Shown here: in pieces, positions 18,182 through 30,996 of the stretch
How positions within the stretch are numbered: the first letter of the stretch is position 1
Layout of the letters: the number at the start of each line of letters is the position of its first letter
Assembly (NCBI GenBank): GCA_041694215.1
Contig: JASMTO010000047.1
Coordinates: forward strand, 1-55,119
Reading direction: 5' to 3'
DNA: 55,119 nt
Source of the DNA: a bacterium
GTDB taxonomy: Bacteria; Chrysiogenota; Deferribacteres; Deferribacterales; Flexistipitaceae
Made by a program: the position numbers and the translations under genes
The notes under the pieces: generated by a model
What the model was told of the DNA's origin: nothing
What the model saw: the letters and a program-made list of their open reading frames with translations, nothing else
Database searches by the model: none

Positions 18182-20083
18182 ATGAAAAATAATTTTGTTA
18201 AGAATATTACTCTGTGGTTCGTCATTGCCCTTTTAATGGTGATGATGTTCAACTTTTTTAATACAAATCAGAATATTAGAGATAAAATTTCCTATAGTGC
18301 ATTTTTAGAAAAAGTGGAAAAAGGTGATGTTAAGACTGTGGAAATTAAAGAGCAGCATATTACCGGAGAATTTACTGACGGCAGTCAATTTGAAACGTTT
18401 GCGCCTGATGACTCCAATTTGGTTGCTACGCTTAGGGAAAATAATGTTCAGATTTTTGCCAAACCCCCTGATCAGAATCCCTGGTATTTGCAGGTTTTAA
18501 TTTCATGGCTTCCTTTTATTTTGCTTATAGGCATATGGATATTTTTTATGCGCCAGATGCAAGGGGGCGGCGGAAAAGCCTTTACCTTCGGGAAGAGCAA
18601 AGCAAAGATGCTTACAAAGGACCAACAGAAGGTCACGTTTAATGATGTTGCAGGGGCTGATGAAGCAAAGGAGGAGCTTGAAGAAATTATAGAATTTTTG
18701 AGGGAGCCTCAGAAATTTCAAAAATTAGGTGGTAAAATTCCAAAAGGTGTTCTCCTCGTGGGGCCTCCCGGAACAGGTAAAACACTTCTTGCCAAAGCAG
18801 TTGCAGGAGAAGCTGGTGTACCTTATTTTAGTATCAGTGGATCTGATTTTGTGGAGATGTTTGTGGGTGTAGGTGCTTCTAGGGTACGTGATTTGTTTGA
18901 ACAGGGTAAGAAAAATGCTCCGTGCATAATCTTTATGGATGAAATAGATGCTGTGGGAAGGCACAGAGGTGCCGGTTTAGGTGGCGGCCACGACGAAAGA
19001 GAGCAGACCCTTAATCAGCTTCTTGTGGAAATGGACGGCTTTGAATCCACAGAAGGTGTTATTTTGATTGCAGCAACAAACAGACCGGATGTTTTGGATC
19101 CTGCGCTTTTAAGACCTGGGCGTTTTGATCGTCAGGTTGTTGTTCCAACACCGGATAGAAAAGGAAGATTGCAAATTCTCAAAGTCCATGCAAAGAAGGT
19201 TCCTTTGGGTGATGACGTTAATCTGGATGTTGTTGCCAAAGGTACACCAGGGTTTGCCGGAGCTGAGCTGGCCAATCTTGTGAATGAAGCATCTCTACTG
19301 GCAGCAAGAAAAAATAAAGATAAGGTAACAATGGAAGACTTTGAAGAGGCCAAAGATAAGGTTATGATGGGTAAGGAGCGTAGAAGTATTGTTATCTCTG
19401 AAGAAGAGAAGAAAAACACTGCATACCATGAAGCTGGGCATGCTATTGTTGCTATAAAGACACCGGAAGCAGATCCTTTGCACAAAGTTAGTATAATTCC
19501 AAGGGGTATGGCTCTGGGAGTAACCCAGCAACTTCCTGAAGATGATAAATATATGCATACCAAGGAATATTTACTGGGCAGGCTTGCTGTACTTATGGGA
19601 GGCAGAGCTGCAGAGGAAATAGTTTTTAACAGATTTACCACGGGTGCTGGTAATGATATTGAAAGGGCAACAGCTATTGCCAGAAAGATGGTATGTTCCT
19701 GGGGTATGAGTAGCAAATTGGGACCACTAGCTTTTGGAAAAAAGGATGAAGCTGTTTTTCTTGGCAAAGAGATATCTTCTGCTAAAGATTATAGTGAAAA
19801 GACAGCTGTAATGATTGATGAAGAGGTGAAAACTATTGTTTCCAACAGCTACAAGAATGCCTACAATATTTTGCAGGACAATTATGAACTGCTTCGTAAA
19901 ACTGCACAGTTACTGCTTGAAAAGGAAACTATTGAGAACAAAGATATAAATAACCTTATAAAACGTTTAAATGGTGATAAGGACTCTGATGTTGAGCATA
20001 AGCAGTCGGAGTCTTCTGATGAAACACACGAAGAGGAGGTAGATACTCAAAATGAACAGATTTCTTCAGAAGATAAGCAGTGA
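18182..20083 (+). CDS. ftsH: ATP-dependent zinc metalloprotease FtsH
   Basis: Two TM segments, [37 protein letters not shown]. Confidence 0.97.
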   Translation: MKNNFVKNITLWFVIALLMVMMFNFFNTNQNIRDKISYSAFLEKVEKGDVKTVEIKEQHITGEFTDGSQFETFAPDDSNLVATLRENNVQIFAKPPDQNPWYLQVLISWLPFILLIGIWIFFMRQMQGGGGKAFTFGKSKAKMLTKDQQKVTFNDVAGADEAKEELEEIIEFLREPQKFQKLGGKIPKGVLLVGPPGTGKTLLAKAVAGEAGVPYFSISGSDFVEMFVGVGASRVRDLFEQGKKNAPCIIFMDEIDAVGRHRGAGLGGGHDEREQTLNQLLVEMDGFESTEGVILIAATNRPDVLDPALLRPGRFDRQVVVPTPDRKGRLQILKVHAKKVPLGDDVNLDVVAKGTPGFAGAELANLVNEASLLAARKNKDKVTMEDFEEAKDKVMMGKERRSIVISEEEKKNTAYHEAGHAIVAIKTPEADPLHKVSIIPRGMALGVTQQLPEDDKYMHTKEYLLGRLAVLMGGRAAEEIVFNRFTTGAGNDIERATAIARKMVCSWGMSSKLGPLAFGKKDEAVFLGKEISSAKDYSEKTAVMIDEEVKTIVSNSYKNAYNILQDNYELLRKTAQLLLEKETIENKDINNLIKRLNGDKDSDVEHKQSESSDETHEEEVDTQNEQISSEDKQ

Positions 20084-21236
20084 TAAAAAAAGACTTTTAT
20101 ATGAACTCAGACAAATAGGTGTGGACAACTATGCCCTTGGTATGGCTGATAAAGGTGAGACTGTAAATATCAAAATAAAGCGTCTCACTCCACCCCAAGC
20201 CAATATTCTAAAGCAGGAAGCTCTTGCTTCAGGAATGGATGCTGCTGTAGGCCGTGGGACAGTAAGTTGTTCTGTGAAATATACCGACGCTTTGCTTATG
20301 GGTAATAGACTTCAATACTTAAAACTGTTGGAGAAATTAAAGCTTCAGCCGTACTCGCTAGCTTACATTGCAAAAGATATTGAAAACTTTTTGAAATATG
20401 AAAGGGCTGAAAATCTTGTTTTGCCAGTGGGCTCACTCAGTTTGTCAGAACCTATACTGATGTCAATTTTAAATATCACTCCTGATTCCTTTAGTGATGG
20501 GGGAGAATTCCTGAACCGGGACGCATATAAGAAAAGGATAGATTTTACGAAAAATTCAGGGGTGAATGTTATTGATATAGGTGGGGAATCCACTAGGCCA
20601 GGTTCGAAGCCTGTGAGCGCAGATGAGGAGTTGGACAGAATTTCTGGAGCAGTAAATTATGCTCTTGAGAATGAACTTATTGTATCTGTTGATACATATA
20701 AGCATAAGGTTGCTGAAAAAATGTTGGAGAAAGGAGCGCATATTATAAATGACATTAGTGGCTTCCATTTTGATCCGGATATGCCGAAAGTGTGTTCAGA
20801 CTATAATGCTGCAGTTTGCCTTATGCACACAAGTGACACGCCTGATAAGATGCAACAGAAAACGGACTATAACAATATAATTGAAGACATTAAAAAAAAT
20901 CTTTTTGAATCCGTTGAGAAAGCGCTCAAAGCAGGTATTAAAGCAGAAAGCATTATCATCGATCCCGGTTTTGGTTTTGGGAAAACGCTTGATGATAACT
21001 ATCTTATACTTAAATATTTACAAGAATTCAGGGAAATGGGGTTTCCTCTTTTGGTTGGTGTGTCAAGGAAATCAATGGTTAATAACGTAACAAGTCAGTC
21101 ACCTGATGAAAGTATGTTGGGCTCAAAGATTATTGAAGCTATAAGTATAGCTAACGGTGCAGATATTATAAGGACACATGATGTTATGGAAGGTTTGCAA
21201 ATGTTGTCATTAATGAAAAAATACATAAAGGTATAG
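20052..21236 (+). CDS. folP: dihydropteroate synthase with N-terminal extension
   Basis: [41 protein letters not shown]. Confidence 0.93.
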   Translation: MNRFLQKISSDKKRLLYELRQIGVDNYALGMADKGETVNIKIKRLTPPQANILKQEALASGMDAAVGRGTVSCSVKYTDALLMGNRLQYLKLLEKLKLQPYSLAYIAKDIENFLKYERAENLVLPVGSLSLSEPILMSILNITPDSFSDGGEFLNRDAYKKRIDFTKNSGVNVIDIGGESTRPGSKPVSADEELDRISGAVNYALENELIVSVDTYKHKVAEKMLEKGAHIINDISGFHFDPDMPKVCSDYNAAVCLMHTSDTPDKMQQKTDYNNIIEDIKKNLFESVEKALKAGIKAESIIIDPGFGFGKTLDDNYLILKYLQEFREMGFPLLVGVSRKSMVNNVTSQSPDESMLGSKIIEAISIANGADIIRTHDVMEGLQMLSLMKKYIKV

Positions 21237-21240
21237 ATTA

Positions 21241-22026
21241 ATGGATGAGTTTTTCTCATTTTTTTCTTTGATTGATATTATAGATATAGCCATAATCAGT
21301 TATATTATATACAGATTACTGCTGTTGATAAAAGGTACCAGAGCTTTTTACATGGTCTTTGGTATAGTTATTTTGATATTTGTATCGTTTGTTTCCAAGT
21401 ATCTTGGATTAAAAACCACCAGCTGGGTTCTAAGTAACTTTTCCGGGTATTTATTTTTAACTATTATTATTCTTTTTCAGCCTGAAATTCGAAGAGCGTT
21501 GGCTTTTATAGGTGAAAGAAGAATGTTTGGCCACTCAAATGAGGATATTTCCAATATCATAGATGAGTTGGTTAAAGCGGCAACTATACTGGCTAACAGG
21601 CAGATTGGAGCTTTGATTGTACTACAGAGGGAAACAGAGTTATCCCATTATATCCAGGCAGGAACGAAACTGGATTCTAATGTATGTAAGGATTTGCTTA
21701 TCAGCATATTTATTCCTTATTCACCATTGCATGATGGGGCAGTTATAATTTCAGAAGGCAAAATCAAGTATGCTGGATCTATTTTGCCCCTTACCAAGCA
21801 TGAGAATATAGACCGCAAATTTGGTACAAGACACAGAGCGGCTCTGGGTATAACGGAAGAAACTGATTCTGTCAGTATTGTGGTAAGTGAGGAAAGGGGT
21901 ACAATTTCTGTTGCTTACAGAGGCAATATTACTTCGGAATTGGATGCTGATATGCTAAGGGACACTCTTTATAACATTTACCAGCAAAACAGTAAATCAA
22001 AGAGAAAGCAAGATGTTGTTGAATAA
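21241..22026 (+). CDS. cdaA: diadenylate cyclase CdaA
   Basis: Three N-terminal TMs, FQPEIRRAL, LHDGA, GTRHRAA, VSEERG. Confidence 0.93.
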   Translation: MDEFFSFFSLIDIIDIAIISYIIYRLLLLIKGTRAFYMVFGIVILIFVSFVSKYLGLKTTSWVLSNFSGYLFLTIIILFQPEIRRALAFIGERRMFGHSNEDISNIIDELVKAATILANRQIGALIVLQRETELSHYIQAGTKLDSNVCKDLLISIFIPYSPLHDGAVIISEGKIKYAGSILPLTKHENIDRKFGTRHRAALGITEETDSVSIVVSEERGTISVAYRGNITSELDADMLRDTLYNIYQQNSKSKRKQDVVE

Positions 22027-22915
22027 TATCTTTTTGAAAGTATTGAGTGTGATACTTGCTATATCCATGTGGCTTATTGTTGCCACATCCGAATATGATC
22101 AGATACAATTCAGTGTACCCGTAAAACTTCGTAATGTTCCTGACAGCAGGGTTGCAGTAACAGATGAAAATTTGATTAATGTCACCCTCAGAGGGCCCCG
22201 ATTGATACTCAATTCTCTTTCATATAATGATATTAATATGGAAATTGATGTTAGCAATTTTACTAGTCATACAACAGAATACAGAATAAAGGATTCTGAT
22301 ATAAGTATTCCTTCGGGGGTTGAAGTAGTCAGGGTTTCACCACCTTCGGTAAATATTACTATAGACAATATTATCAGTAAAAAAGTGGATGTTTCACCTT
22401 TTTTTGTTGGAGAACCGGCTAAAGGCTTTAAAGTGCATACACTTGAAATAAAACCTTCTGCAGTTGTAGTTGAAGGAGCAGCCACTTTATTAAACAATAT
22501 TACATCCATTGAAACATTGCCCATAAACCTTTCCGGTAAATTTAAAAAGGTGAATTATTCTGTGGGGATGAAACGTATAAATGGGATTAAAAATATCGAC
22601 CCGCCCCAGGTTGAGATTGTAGTAACCTTTCAAGAGGATATTATTCAGCAGGAATTTAAAAATATTTCAATTATCATGAGGAATCAAAAAGAGGGTTATA
22701 CCTACAAACTTTTGACGAAGAAAGCTGATATTACTGTAAAGGGGAGAAGTGATATTTTAAATAGTGAAAATATTGTGAAAAATATGACACTTTACGTGGA
22801 CGTATCTGGATTAGAAGAGGGTCAATATTTAAGGGATATAAAATCTGAGAGTTCTCTTAATGTGGATATTGTGGATATCAGCCCTAGTAAAGCCCGTCTG
22901 GAGGTGTTGCGATGA
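22013..22915 (+). CDS. cdaR: YbbR-domain CdaA regulator
   Basis: N-terminal K..S..LA..W anchor, repeated beta-rich YbbR-like segments, located between cdaA and glmM. Confidence 0.8.
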   Translation: MLLNNIFLKVLSVILAISMWLIVATSEYDQIQFSVPVKLRNVPDSRVAVTDENLINVTLRGPRLILNSLSYNDINMEIDVSNFTSHTTEYRIKDSDISIPSGVEVVRVSPPSVNITIDNIISKKVDVSPFFVGEPAKGFKVHTLEIKPSAVVVEGAATLLNNITSIETLPINLSGKFKKVNYSVGMKRINGIKNIDPPQVEIVVTFQEDIIQQEFKNISIIMRNQKEGYTYKLLTKKADITVKGRSDILNSENIVKNMTLYVDVSGLEEGQYLRDIKSESSLNVDIVDISPSKARLEVLR

Positions 22916-24273
22916 GAAAATATTTTGGTACAGATGGTGTAAGAGGTAGAGCTAATGTTTATCCAATGACTTCGGAATTTGCTCTCCTGCTGGGCAAAGC
23001 CATTGCAAAAGTGTTCAAAAATGGTAATAAAAAACATAAGATAGTCATTGGAAAGGATACCCGCATATCAAGCTATATGTTTGAAAATGCTATTGTTTCT
23101 GGAATTTGCTCCATGGGGGTTGACGCAATAATGCTGGGAGTCCTTCCTACACCGGCAATTGCTTTTATTACGAGAAGTCTGAGGGCAGATTCTGGAGTGG
23201 TCATATCAGCTTCACATAATCCATATTACGACAATGGGATAAAGTTTTTTTCCAATGATGGCTTTAAATTAAATGATGAAACGGAAATTAAACTTGAAAA
23301 ACTAATAGATTCTAAAAATTTTGAAGAAAACCCGGATGAGATGGGTAAGGCTTACCGCATCGAAACAGCAATTGGCAGATATGTGGAGTATGTAAAGGGC
23401 ACTTTCGATAAAAATTATGATTTGCAAGGGTTTAAAATTGTATTGGACTGTGCTAACGGAGCTACGTATAAAGTGGCCCCTATGGCATTTGAGGAGTTAG
23501 GTGCCAAGGTTATTGTTATTGGTGATGAACCTAATGGCTATAATATTAATGATAACTGTGGGGCTGTTTATCCTGAAAGAATGGCAAAAAAGGTGGTTGA
23601 AACAGGTGCTGATTTAGGGATATCCTTTGATGGGGATGGTGACAGGGTTATTTTTGCCGACAATAAGGGTAATGTTGTTAATGGCGATCATATCCTGGGT
23701 GTATGTGGTAGGTATATGCATTCAAAAGGTTTATTAAAAGGGAACACTGTTGTTGCTACTGTAATGAGCAATATAGGCTTAGAAAAAACACTTAAAAGTT
23801 TGGGTATAGATCTTGTTAGAAGTTGTGTTGGTGACAGATATGTTGTAGAGGAAATGTTCAAAGGGGGGTTTAACCTTGGAGGTGAGCAATCGGGGCATAT
23901 TATTTTCAGTGATTATAATACAACGGGTGATGGTCTTATAAGTGCTTTTCAACTGTTAAAGGTTATGGTGAATACAGGACGATCATTGAGTGAATTAACC
24001 GAATTTGTTGAAATTTGCCCTCAGGTGCTCAAAAACTTTGAAGTTCCTGAAAAAGTGCCTATTGAAAATTTACCTGAAACTATGAGAATAATTAACAGTT
24101 ATGAGGAGAAGTTTGGTATTGATGGAAGAATACTGGTGAGGTATTCAGGGACTGAGAAAAAACTCAGAGTAATGGTGGAAGGTGATGACATAAAGGAAAT
24201 ATCGTGGATTACTGAAGAAGTAGGTAATACAGCTATTAGAGAAATAAATAAACATTATGTGGGTAGGGTATAA
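22912..24273 (+). CDS. glmM: phosphoglucosamine mutase
   Basis: FGTDGVRG, SASHNP, DGDGDR, GGEQSGH, RYSGTE. Confidence 0.96.
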   Translation: MRKYFGTDGVRGRANVYPMTSEFALLLGKAIAKVFKNGNKKHKIVIGKDTRISSYMFENAIVSGICSMGVDAIMLGVLPTPAIAFITRSLRADSGVVISASHNPYYDNGIKFFSNDGFKLNDETEIKLEKLIDSKNFEENPDEMGKAYRIETAIGRYVEYVKGTFDKNYDLQGFKIVLDCANGATYKVAPMAFEELGAKVIVIGDEPNGYNINDNCGAVYPERMAKKVVETGADLGISFDGDGDRVIFADNKGNVVNGDHILGVCGRYMHSKGLLKGNTVVATVMSNIGLEKTLKSLGIDLVRSCVGDRYVVEEMFKGGFNLGGEQSGHIIFSDYNTTGDGLISAFQLLKVMVNTGRSLSELTEFVEICPQVLKNFEVPEKVPIENLPETMRIINSYEEKFGIDGRILVRYSGTEKKLRVMVEGDDIKEISWITEEVGNTAIREINKHYVGRV

Positions 24274-25016
24274 TGATTAAACTTGGGGTAAACGTTGATC
24301 ATGTGGCAACTTTAAGACAGGCACGTTTAATTAGCGAGCCTGATCCTGTGGAAGCAGCAATTTTTGCTGAGCATGGCGGAGCTGATGGTATAACTGTTCA
24401 TTTACGTGAAGATCGACGGCATATTCAGGATAAAGATGTATATCTTTTAAAAAAGATAATCAAAACGAGATTAAATTTAGAAATGGCAGCAAGTGAAGAG
24501 ATAGTGGATGTGGCTTGTGATGTTGTTCCTTATATGGTCACAATTGTTCCTGAAAAAAGAGAAGAACTAACGACAGAAGGTGGTCTGGATGTTATTGGTA
24601 ATGAAAAAACTTTGTCTAAAGCAATAAAAAAATTAAAAGAATATAACATTATTGTCAGTCTTTTTATTGATCCCGATAAAAACCAGATAGATGCCTCGGC
24701 AGATTTGGGTGTTGATACTATTGAGCTTCATACCGGTAATTTTGCTGAGGCTTCAAGTGATAAATTGATTTTTTCCGAACTGGATTTACTTGTTAAAACT
24801 GCGAGCTATGCCAGAGATAAGAATATGACTGTTAATGCAGGTCACGGGCTGAATTATCGTAATACTGCAATGCTTGTGGAGAATATCCCTTTTCTAAATG
24901 AGTTAAATATAGGGCATTCAATAGTTGGCAGAAGTATTTTTGTTGGTATTAAAAATGCTGTGATTGAAATGAAAAATATAATATCTGCTAGCTATAATAG
25001 TTACGGTTCTTTATGA
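24273..25016 (+). CDS. pdxJ: pyridoxine 5'-phosphate synthase
   Basis: LGVNVDHVATLRQAR, HLREDRRHI, TTEGGLD, AGHGL, NIGH. Confidence 0.96.
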   Translation: MIKLGVNVDHVATLRQARLISEPDPVEAAIFAEHGGADGITVHLREDRRHIQDKDVYLLKKIIKTRLNLEMAASEEIVDVACDVVPYMVTIVPEKREELTTEGGLDVIGNEKTLSKAIKKLKEYNIIVSLFIDPDKNQIDASADLGVDTIELHTGNFAEASSDKLIFSELDLLVKTASYARDKNMTVNAGHGLNYRNTAMLVENIPFLNELNIGHSIVGRSIFVGIKNAVIEMKNIISASYNSYGSL

Positions 25017-25360
25017 TTGGTTGTGATATTATTGAAATAGACAGGATATTAAGAAGCTATGAAAAATTTGGGCATTCTTTTGTAAAGCGTATCTTATCAG
25101 ATAACGAATATAAAGAATTTGTTAAAAGGAAAAACAGCAAATTTTTTCTCAGCGGACGTTTTGCAGCCAAAGAAGCAGTTGCCAAATGTCTTAAAACTGG
25201 AATTGGTGCTGTGGGTTTTAGGGATATTGAAATAACCCCGGGACAAATGGGAGAACCAGTAGTATATATAAAAGGAAAACGTGTGGATATTGAGGTGACC
25301 ATTTCCCACTCAAGGACGATTGCGATGGCTGTTGCTTTTGATAATAGAGGTGATAAATGA
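25013..25360 (+). CDS. acpS: holo-[acyl-carrier-protein] synthase
   Basis: GCDIIEI.RI, GRFAAKEA..K, ISHS. Confidence 0.93.
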   Translation: MIGCDIIEIDRILRSYEKFGHSFVKRILSDNEYKEFVKRKNSKFFLSGRFAAKEAVAKCLKTGIGAVGFRDIEITPGQMGEPVVYIKGKRVDIEVTISHSRTIAMAVAFDNRGDK

Positions 25361-26082
25361 GTGCAATAATTATCCCTGCAAGGTATAATTCCACTAGGTT
25401 GCCGGGCAAGCCATTGTTGAAAATAGGCGATGTCCCTATGATTGTTAAGGTGGCAGTAAACTGTATGAAAAGTGTTGCTAATAGGGTTATAGTCGCAACT
25501 GATGATGTGCGGATACTGGAAGTATGCGAAAAGGTTGAAAATCTGGAAGTAACAATGACTGAAAAGGAGTATAATAGCGGTACTGATAGGGTGGCAGATG
25601 TTGCTAAGTTTTTGAGGGATGAGGTTATTATAAATGTTCAGGGGGATGAGCCCTTTTTGCCTGTTTCCCTTATAAATGATTTAATAGAAGATTTGGAAAA
25701 TGGTCCGGCTTATATGAATTCCGCCTATGTTGAAGTAGATCCATCAGAATCGGCTGATCCCAATTGCGTGAAAGTTGTTATTGACAAAAATGGCTATGCA
25801 CTTTATTTCAGCCGCTCTCAAGTACCTTATATTCGTGAACATGTTGCACACAAATTTAAAAAGCATATAGGTGTCTACGGATTTAAAAGGGACTTCCTGT
25901 TAGAATACAGCAGAATGCCATCTACTCCACTTGAAAAAGCTGAAGGTTTGGAGCAACTAAGGGCATTGGAGAATGGTTATAAAATAAAAATGATTAAGTC
26001 ATGTAAAGATTCTTTATCTATAGATACAAACAGCGATCTGAGGAAAGCTAATAGTTTGGATTTTTATGGTAACTTATCGTAA
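25357..26082 (+). CDS. kdsB: CMP-Kdo synthetase
   Basis: IPARYNSTRLPGKPL, SGTDR, NVQGDEP, YFSR, LEQLRALENG. Confidence 0.95.
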   Translation: MSAIIIPARYNSTRLPGKPLLKIGDVPMIVKVAVNCMKSVANRVIVATDDVRILEVCEKVENLEVTMTEKEYNSGTDRVADVAKFLRDEVIINVQGDEPFLPVSLINDLIEDLENGPAYMNSAYVEVDPSESADPNCVKVVIDKNGYALYFSRSQVPYIREHVAHKFKKHIGVYGFKRDFLLEYSRMPSTPLEKAEGLEQLRALENGYKIKMIKSCKDSLSIDTNSDLRKANSLDFYGNLS

Positions 26083-26115
26083 ATAGGCATAATTTATTAA
26101 AGGCGGAGGTAATAA

Positions 26116-27743
<1,628 letters not shown>

Positions 27744-27744
<1 letters not shown>

Positions 27745-28520
27745 TGTTATTGCTGGCGGGACCTTGCGTAATAGAGAATGATGAAGTTGGGTTTAAAACA
27801 TGTGAATTTTTACTTAATCAATCTGAAAAATATAATTTTGATTTTTATTTTAAGTCATCTTTTGATAAAGCTAACAGAAGTTCTATCAGCTCTTACAGAG
27901 GGCCGGGGCTGGAAAAAGGGATATTGTTTTTTGAAAAAATAAAAAAGAGATTCGATGTCAAGATTATTACTGATTTTCATGAACCATCCCAAGCTGAAAA
28001 ACTAAGTGAATATGTTGATATGCTGCAGATTCCTGCTTTTTTGTCAAGACAAACGGACATGTTGAAAGCTGCAGCGATTACCAATGTGAAAGTAAATGTG
28101 AAGAAGGGACAGTTTATGTCTCCCTGGGATATGGAAAATGTGGTGGAAAAGCTTAAAGCCTTCGGTATGAGCGCTGAAAATATCTTTTTAACAGAGAGAG
28201 GTGTTTCTTTTGGCTATAATAATCTCATTGTTGACTATAGATCTTTTCCTGTGATGAAATCCACCGGATGCAATGTTATATTTGATGCCACCCATTCTTT
28301 GCAACTGCCTGGGGGGATGGGCAAGTCATCCGGAGGACAACGGGAATTTGCTCCTTATTTGGCGAGAGCTGCGGCAGCATGCGGAGTGGATGGGTTTTTT
28401 ATGGAGATACATCCCCATCCGGAATCTGCATTATGTGATGGTCCTAACATGTTGGATTTTGATATGGCGGAAGATATCTTTGAGACAATAAGCAGAATTG
28501 AGGATTTACTATGGACATAA
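27744..28520 (+). CDS. kdsA: KDO8P synthase (probably metal-dependent type)
   Basis: AGPCVIE, KANRSS, NVKKGQF, DATHS, CDGPN. Confidence 0.95.
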
Positions 28521-29473
28521 AGGATATTGCCAAAAAAACACTGAAAATAGAAGCTGATGCAATATATGCCCTCCTAGACAGGATTGATGAGAATTTTGAA
28601 AAGGCTGTTGACCTATTTTTAAAGTGCGAAAGTCGTGTGGTTGTAACTGGCATGGGTAAATCAGGCATAATTGGCAAAAAAATAGCTGCAACATTATCTT
28701 CCACAGGAACCCCCTCTGTTTTTCTGCACCCTGCTGAGGGTGTCCACGGGGATTTGGGTATGATAATGAAAGGTGATTGTGTCCTTGCCATTTCAAACAG
28801 TGGGGAGACTGAGGAGATTGTTTCTATACTACCGGTAATCAAGAGATTTAACGTTCCTATTGTTTCACTGGTGGGCAAGATGAACTCCACCCTTGCCAAA
28901 AGAAGTGACTGTGTTCTTGATGCTTCTGTTGAAAGGGAGGCCTGCCCTTTAAACCTTGCGCCTACTGCAAGCACAACGGTGTGCCTGGCTTTAGGTGATG
29001 CTCTTGCTGTAGCACTTTTGGAATGCAGGGGGTTCAGAGAAGAAGATTTTGCTGTCTTTCATCCGTCCGGAGCTTTGGGAAAGAAACTTTTGCTTAAAGT
29101 AGAGGATTTATACCATACAGGTGAAAAGGTACCCGTTATTAATAAGAATGAGCTGATATCCAAAGCGGTTATTGAGATGAGCAGTAAAGGATTTGGCTGT
29201 ACTTCTGTTGTGGATGATGAGGGAAAACTGGTTGGTATTATCACAGATGGAGATTTACGAAGAGCTCTGGAAAAATATCAGAATATATTTGATAAACCTG
29301 TTTACGAAATGTTCACACCTAACCCCATAACAATATCCAAAGATGCTTTAGCCGCAAAAGCCCTACAGGTTATGGAGGAACATTCAATAACCACCATTTT
29401 GACTGTGGATGATGATAGCAGACCAACCGGTATACTTCATCTTCACGATATACTAAGTGCAGGGATTGTCTAA
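28511..29473 (+). CDS. kdsD: arabinose-5-phosphate isomerase (KpsF/GutQ family)
   Basis: GMGKSG, HGDLG, SNSGET, LAPTAST, HP.G.LG, CBS pair. Confidence 0.93.
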   Translation: MDIKDIAKKTLKIEADAIYALLDRIDENFEKAVDLFLKCESRVVVTGMGKSGIIGKKIAATLSSTGTPSVFLHPAEGVHGDLGMIMKGDCVLAISNSGETEEIVSILPVIKRFNVPIVSLVGKMNSTLAKRSDCVLDASVEREACPLNLAPTASTTVCLALGDALAVALLECRGFREEDFAVFHPSGALGKKLLLKVEDLYHTGEKVPVINKNELISKAVIEMSSKGFGCTSVVDDEGKLVGIITDGDLRRALEKYQNIFDKPVYEMFTPNPITISKDALAAKALQVMEEHSITTILTVDDDSRPTGILHLHDILSAGIV

Positions 29474-29967
29474 TGATTAAGCTTCTTATTCTGGATGTGG
29501 ATGGTGTTCTTACAGATGGCAAAATTATATATGATGAGAATGGTGTGGAGTATAAAAACTTTAATGTAAAAGATGGTTTTGGGATAGGTTTAGTAAAAAA
29601 AGCAGGGATACTTGTGTATATAATTTCCGGCAGATCTTCAAAAGTAACGGAACTGAGAGCAAATGAACTGGGGGTTGATAAAGTTTTCCAGGATGTTGAT
29701 GACAAACTGGAAATTTTTGAACAGATTAAAAGGGAAACCGGGATTGTGAACGAAGAAGCGGCTTTTATAGGCGATGATATCAACGATCTGAAGTTGTTGA
29801 AAACGGTTGGATTTTCGGCTGCTGTGGCGGATGCTTCTGAAGATATTAAAAAACATGTATCTGTTGTACTTCAAAATGCCGGGGGTAGCGGAGCTGTAAG
29901 GGAATTTGTTGAAAAAATATTGAAGAATAACGGTTTATGGGAAAGAATTACAAAACAATACTATTAA
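29473..29967 (+). CDS. kdsC: KDO8P phosphatase (HAD)
   Basis: LDVDGVLTDG, FNVKDG, GDD.ND, GG.GAVRE. Confidence 0.93.
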   Translation: MIKLLILDVDGVLTDGKIIYDENGVEYKNFNVKDGFGIGLVKKAGILVYIISGRSSKVTELRANELGVDKVFQDVDDKLEIFEQIKRETGIVNEEAAFIGDDINDLKLLKTVGFSAAVADASEDIKKHVSVVLQNAGGSGAVREFVEKILKNNGLWERITKQYY

Positions 29968-30485
29968 TATTGCCTGTACTGATTATTTTGCTCTTCACGT
30001 TTTTTTGGAGAAATAATGAGGAAAAAATAGCAGACGATATAAATATTAAAAAAAACAATATGGTTATTAGAAATTTTGATTTTAGTAAAAATATTGATGA
30101 GACTGGTGGGTATTACCGGATATTGGCGGATGTAGCCAGATTTGATAAAGATATAGGCACATCTAATCTGGACAATTGTTCCATTACTTATAGTTCTGGG
30201 GATACAAAAGCTTTTTTTAAAGCCGTAAAATGTGAGCTTGTCATTGATAAGTCATTTACATTAAAAGGCTATATTGACGGTCATATAAATAATGTGCAAA
30301 TTACTTCTGACAAAAACGGTATATTTGAGTACAGTTTTGAAAAGGAAAGTGGCGATTTTTACAACGGGATTACTGTCAAGACAGATAATACAACAGTTAA
30401 ATCAAGAGAAGCATTCATTGACAGAAAATCTGAAATAATAGAATTTATTAAAAATGTAGAGGTTAATCATGTATATAAATTTTAA
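29937..30485 (+). CDS. lptC: LPS export protein LptC-like (divergent)
   Basis: Single N-terminal TM followed by beta-rich domain; position between kdsC and lptA. Confidence 0.6.
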   Translation: MGKNYKTILLILPVLIILLFTFFWRNNEEKIADDINIKKNNMVIRNFDFSKNIDETGGYYRILADVARFDKDIGTSNLDNCSITYSSGDTKAFFKAVKCELVIDKSFTLKGYIDGHINNVQITSDKNGIFEYSFEKESGDFYNGITVKTDNTTVKSREAFIDRKSEIIEFIKNVEVNHVYKF

Positions 30486-30996
30486 ATGTGTTTTTATAAC
30501 TATTGTTATTTTATTAATATCTTCTATTAGTTTTGCAGCAGGCAGTATACAAGTTGAATCCGATTCTTTGAAATATTTCGGAGAGGAAAACAAATCGATA
30601 TTTAAAGGTAATGTTGTTGTGGAAAGTGATAACATGACGGTGCATGCTGACAATATGACTGTATTTTTCAGCAAGAATAGGGAAGTTGATAGAATATTGG
30701 CTGAAGGTAATGTCAATATAACGAGGGAGGATATGTATTCTATGTCGGATCAAGCTGAGATGCTTATGCAGGATAATGTAATAAAGCTCATCAGGAATGT
30801 GAAAGTATGGCAGGGGGAGAATTACCTTGAAGGTGAGGAGGTAATAATATACAATGACAGCAACAGAATGGAAGTCAGAAAAGGTAAAGAGAGTAGGGTA
30901 AAGATTATTTATTATCCGGATGAAAAGGGGAATACTATTGTCAATAATGGCAAAGAATCTGAAGAAAATTTACAAAAAGAGGACGGTGGTCAGTAA
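30469..30996 (+). CDS. lptA: LPS transport periplasmic protein LptA
   Basis: Signal peptide; I.VESD, F.GNV, A.GNV, GEEV OstA-like pattern; precedes lptB. Confidence 0.85.
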   Translation: MYINFKCVFITIVILLISSISFAAGSIQVESDSLKYFGEENKSIFKGNVVVESDNMTVHADNMTVFFSKNREVDRILAEGNVNITREDMYSMSDQAEMLMQDNVIKLIRNVKVWQGENYLEGEEVIIYNDSNRMEVRKGKESRVKIIYYPDEKGNTIVNNGKESEENLQKEDGGQ

